Of a DNA stretch of 16,420 bases, positions 16,240 through 16,420 are shown piece after piece; the stretch's first letter is position 1, and every line of letters starts with the position of its first letter. Origin of the DNA: Candidatus Micrarchaeota archaeon (GTDB lineage Archaea; B1Sed10-29; JAJSAI01); assembly GCA_964625085.1 (NCBI GenBank), contig CAZVAJ010000007.1, positions 1-16,420 of the forward strand, read 5' to 3'. A program made the position numbers and the translations under genes. The notes below the pieces were generated by a model, which was not told the DNA's origin, made no database searches, and saw only the letters and a list, made by a program, of their open reading frames with translations.

Positions 16240-16275
16240 CGGGCCCAGGGGGATTCGAACCCCCGACCTACAGCT
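16240..16275 (-). tRNA. 3' exon (positions 38-73) of an interrupted tRNA, probably tRNA-Arg; 5' half not in the window
   Basis: The minus strand reads A GCTGT AGGTC GGGGG TTCGAAT CCCCC TGGGCCC G: a perfect T-arm, acceptor 3' strand and G73, with no encoded CCA. Upstream GGAG-AA|A fits a bulge-helix-bulge (BHB) 3' splice site at 37/38. Isotype is inferred. Confidence 0.85.
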
Positions 16276-16420
16276 TTCTCCGAACAGACTCCGAAAAATC
16301 TCTTTTGAAACACCTTCAAGAGTTCTCCTCTGGAAACGTCTGCAGGGTTTCCTCTTGGAACATATCCAAAGGTTCTCTCTTGGAGTATTTCCAGGGGTTC
16401 TCTTTTGGAAACATTCCCAA
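16272..16420 (-). repeat. Degenerate tandem array of at least six 25-nt hairpin units, running off the window edge
   Basis: Core (T/C)G(G/A)A recurs at 16281, 16306, 16331, 16356, 16381 and 16406. Plus-strand consensus is about GTTCTCTYTTGGAAACATnTCCAAG. Confidence 0.88.

Noticed and set aside
16272..16420. CRISPR array
   Set aside because: Units are contiguous and degenerate with only 4-5-nt variable loops. There are no unique spacers and no cas genes in the window.

Overview
A compact, gene-dense archaeal chromosomal segment. The inferred source is a DPANN lineage such as Micrarchaeota or Diapherotrites, based on form III RuBisCO, ribosomal eS26, ether-lipid genes, archaeal TATA boxes and GGTGA-type Shine-Dalgarno (SD) sites. 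Gene order: candidate box C/D sRNA, VirB11/CpaF-type ATPase, scpB, scpA, LysW-like Zn ribbon, DGGGP synthase, KaiC/RAD55-like ATPase, form III RuBisCO, 51-aa Zn-ribbon protein, XPD/Rad3 helicase, CDP-alcohol phosphatidyltransferase, DedA/VTT protein, hypothetical membrane protein, metG, 48-aa membrane protein, Zn-finger protein, NhaP-type antiporter, eS26, beta-CASP nuclease, surface protein, TrmB regulator, and the 3' exon of an interrupted tRNA (probably Arg). The most unusual element is at the right edge: the tRNA is interrupted at position 37/38 by at least 145 nt made of six or more hairpin repeats with an exact 25-nt period and compensatory base changes. Also notable are the box C/D guide RNA candidate, divergent gene pairs sharing one palindromic TATA box (including KaiC-like/RuBisCO), and two small genes missed by the ORF track. 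All calls come from reading motifs by eye; no searches were run.
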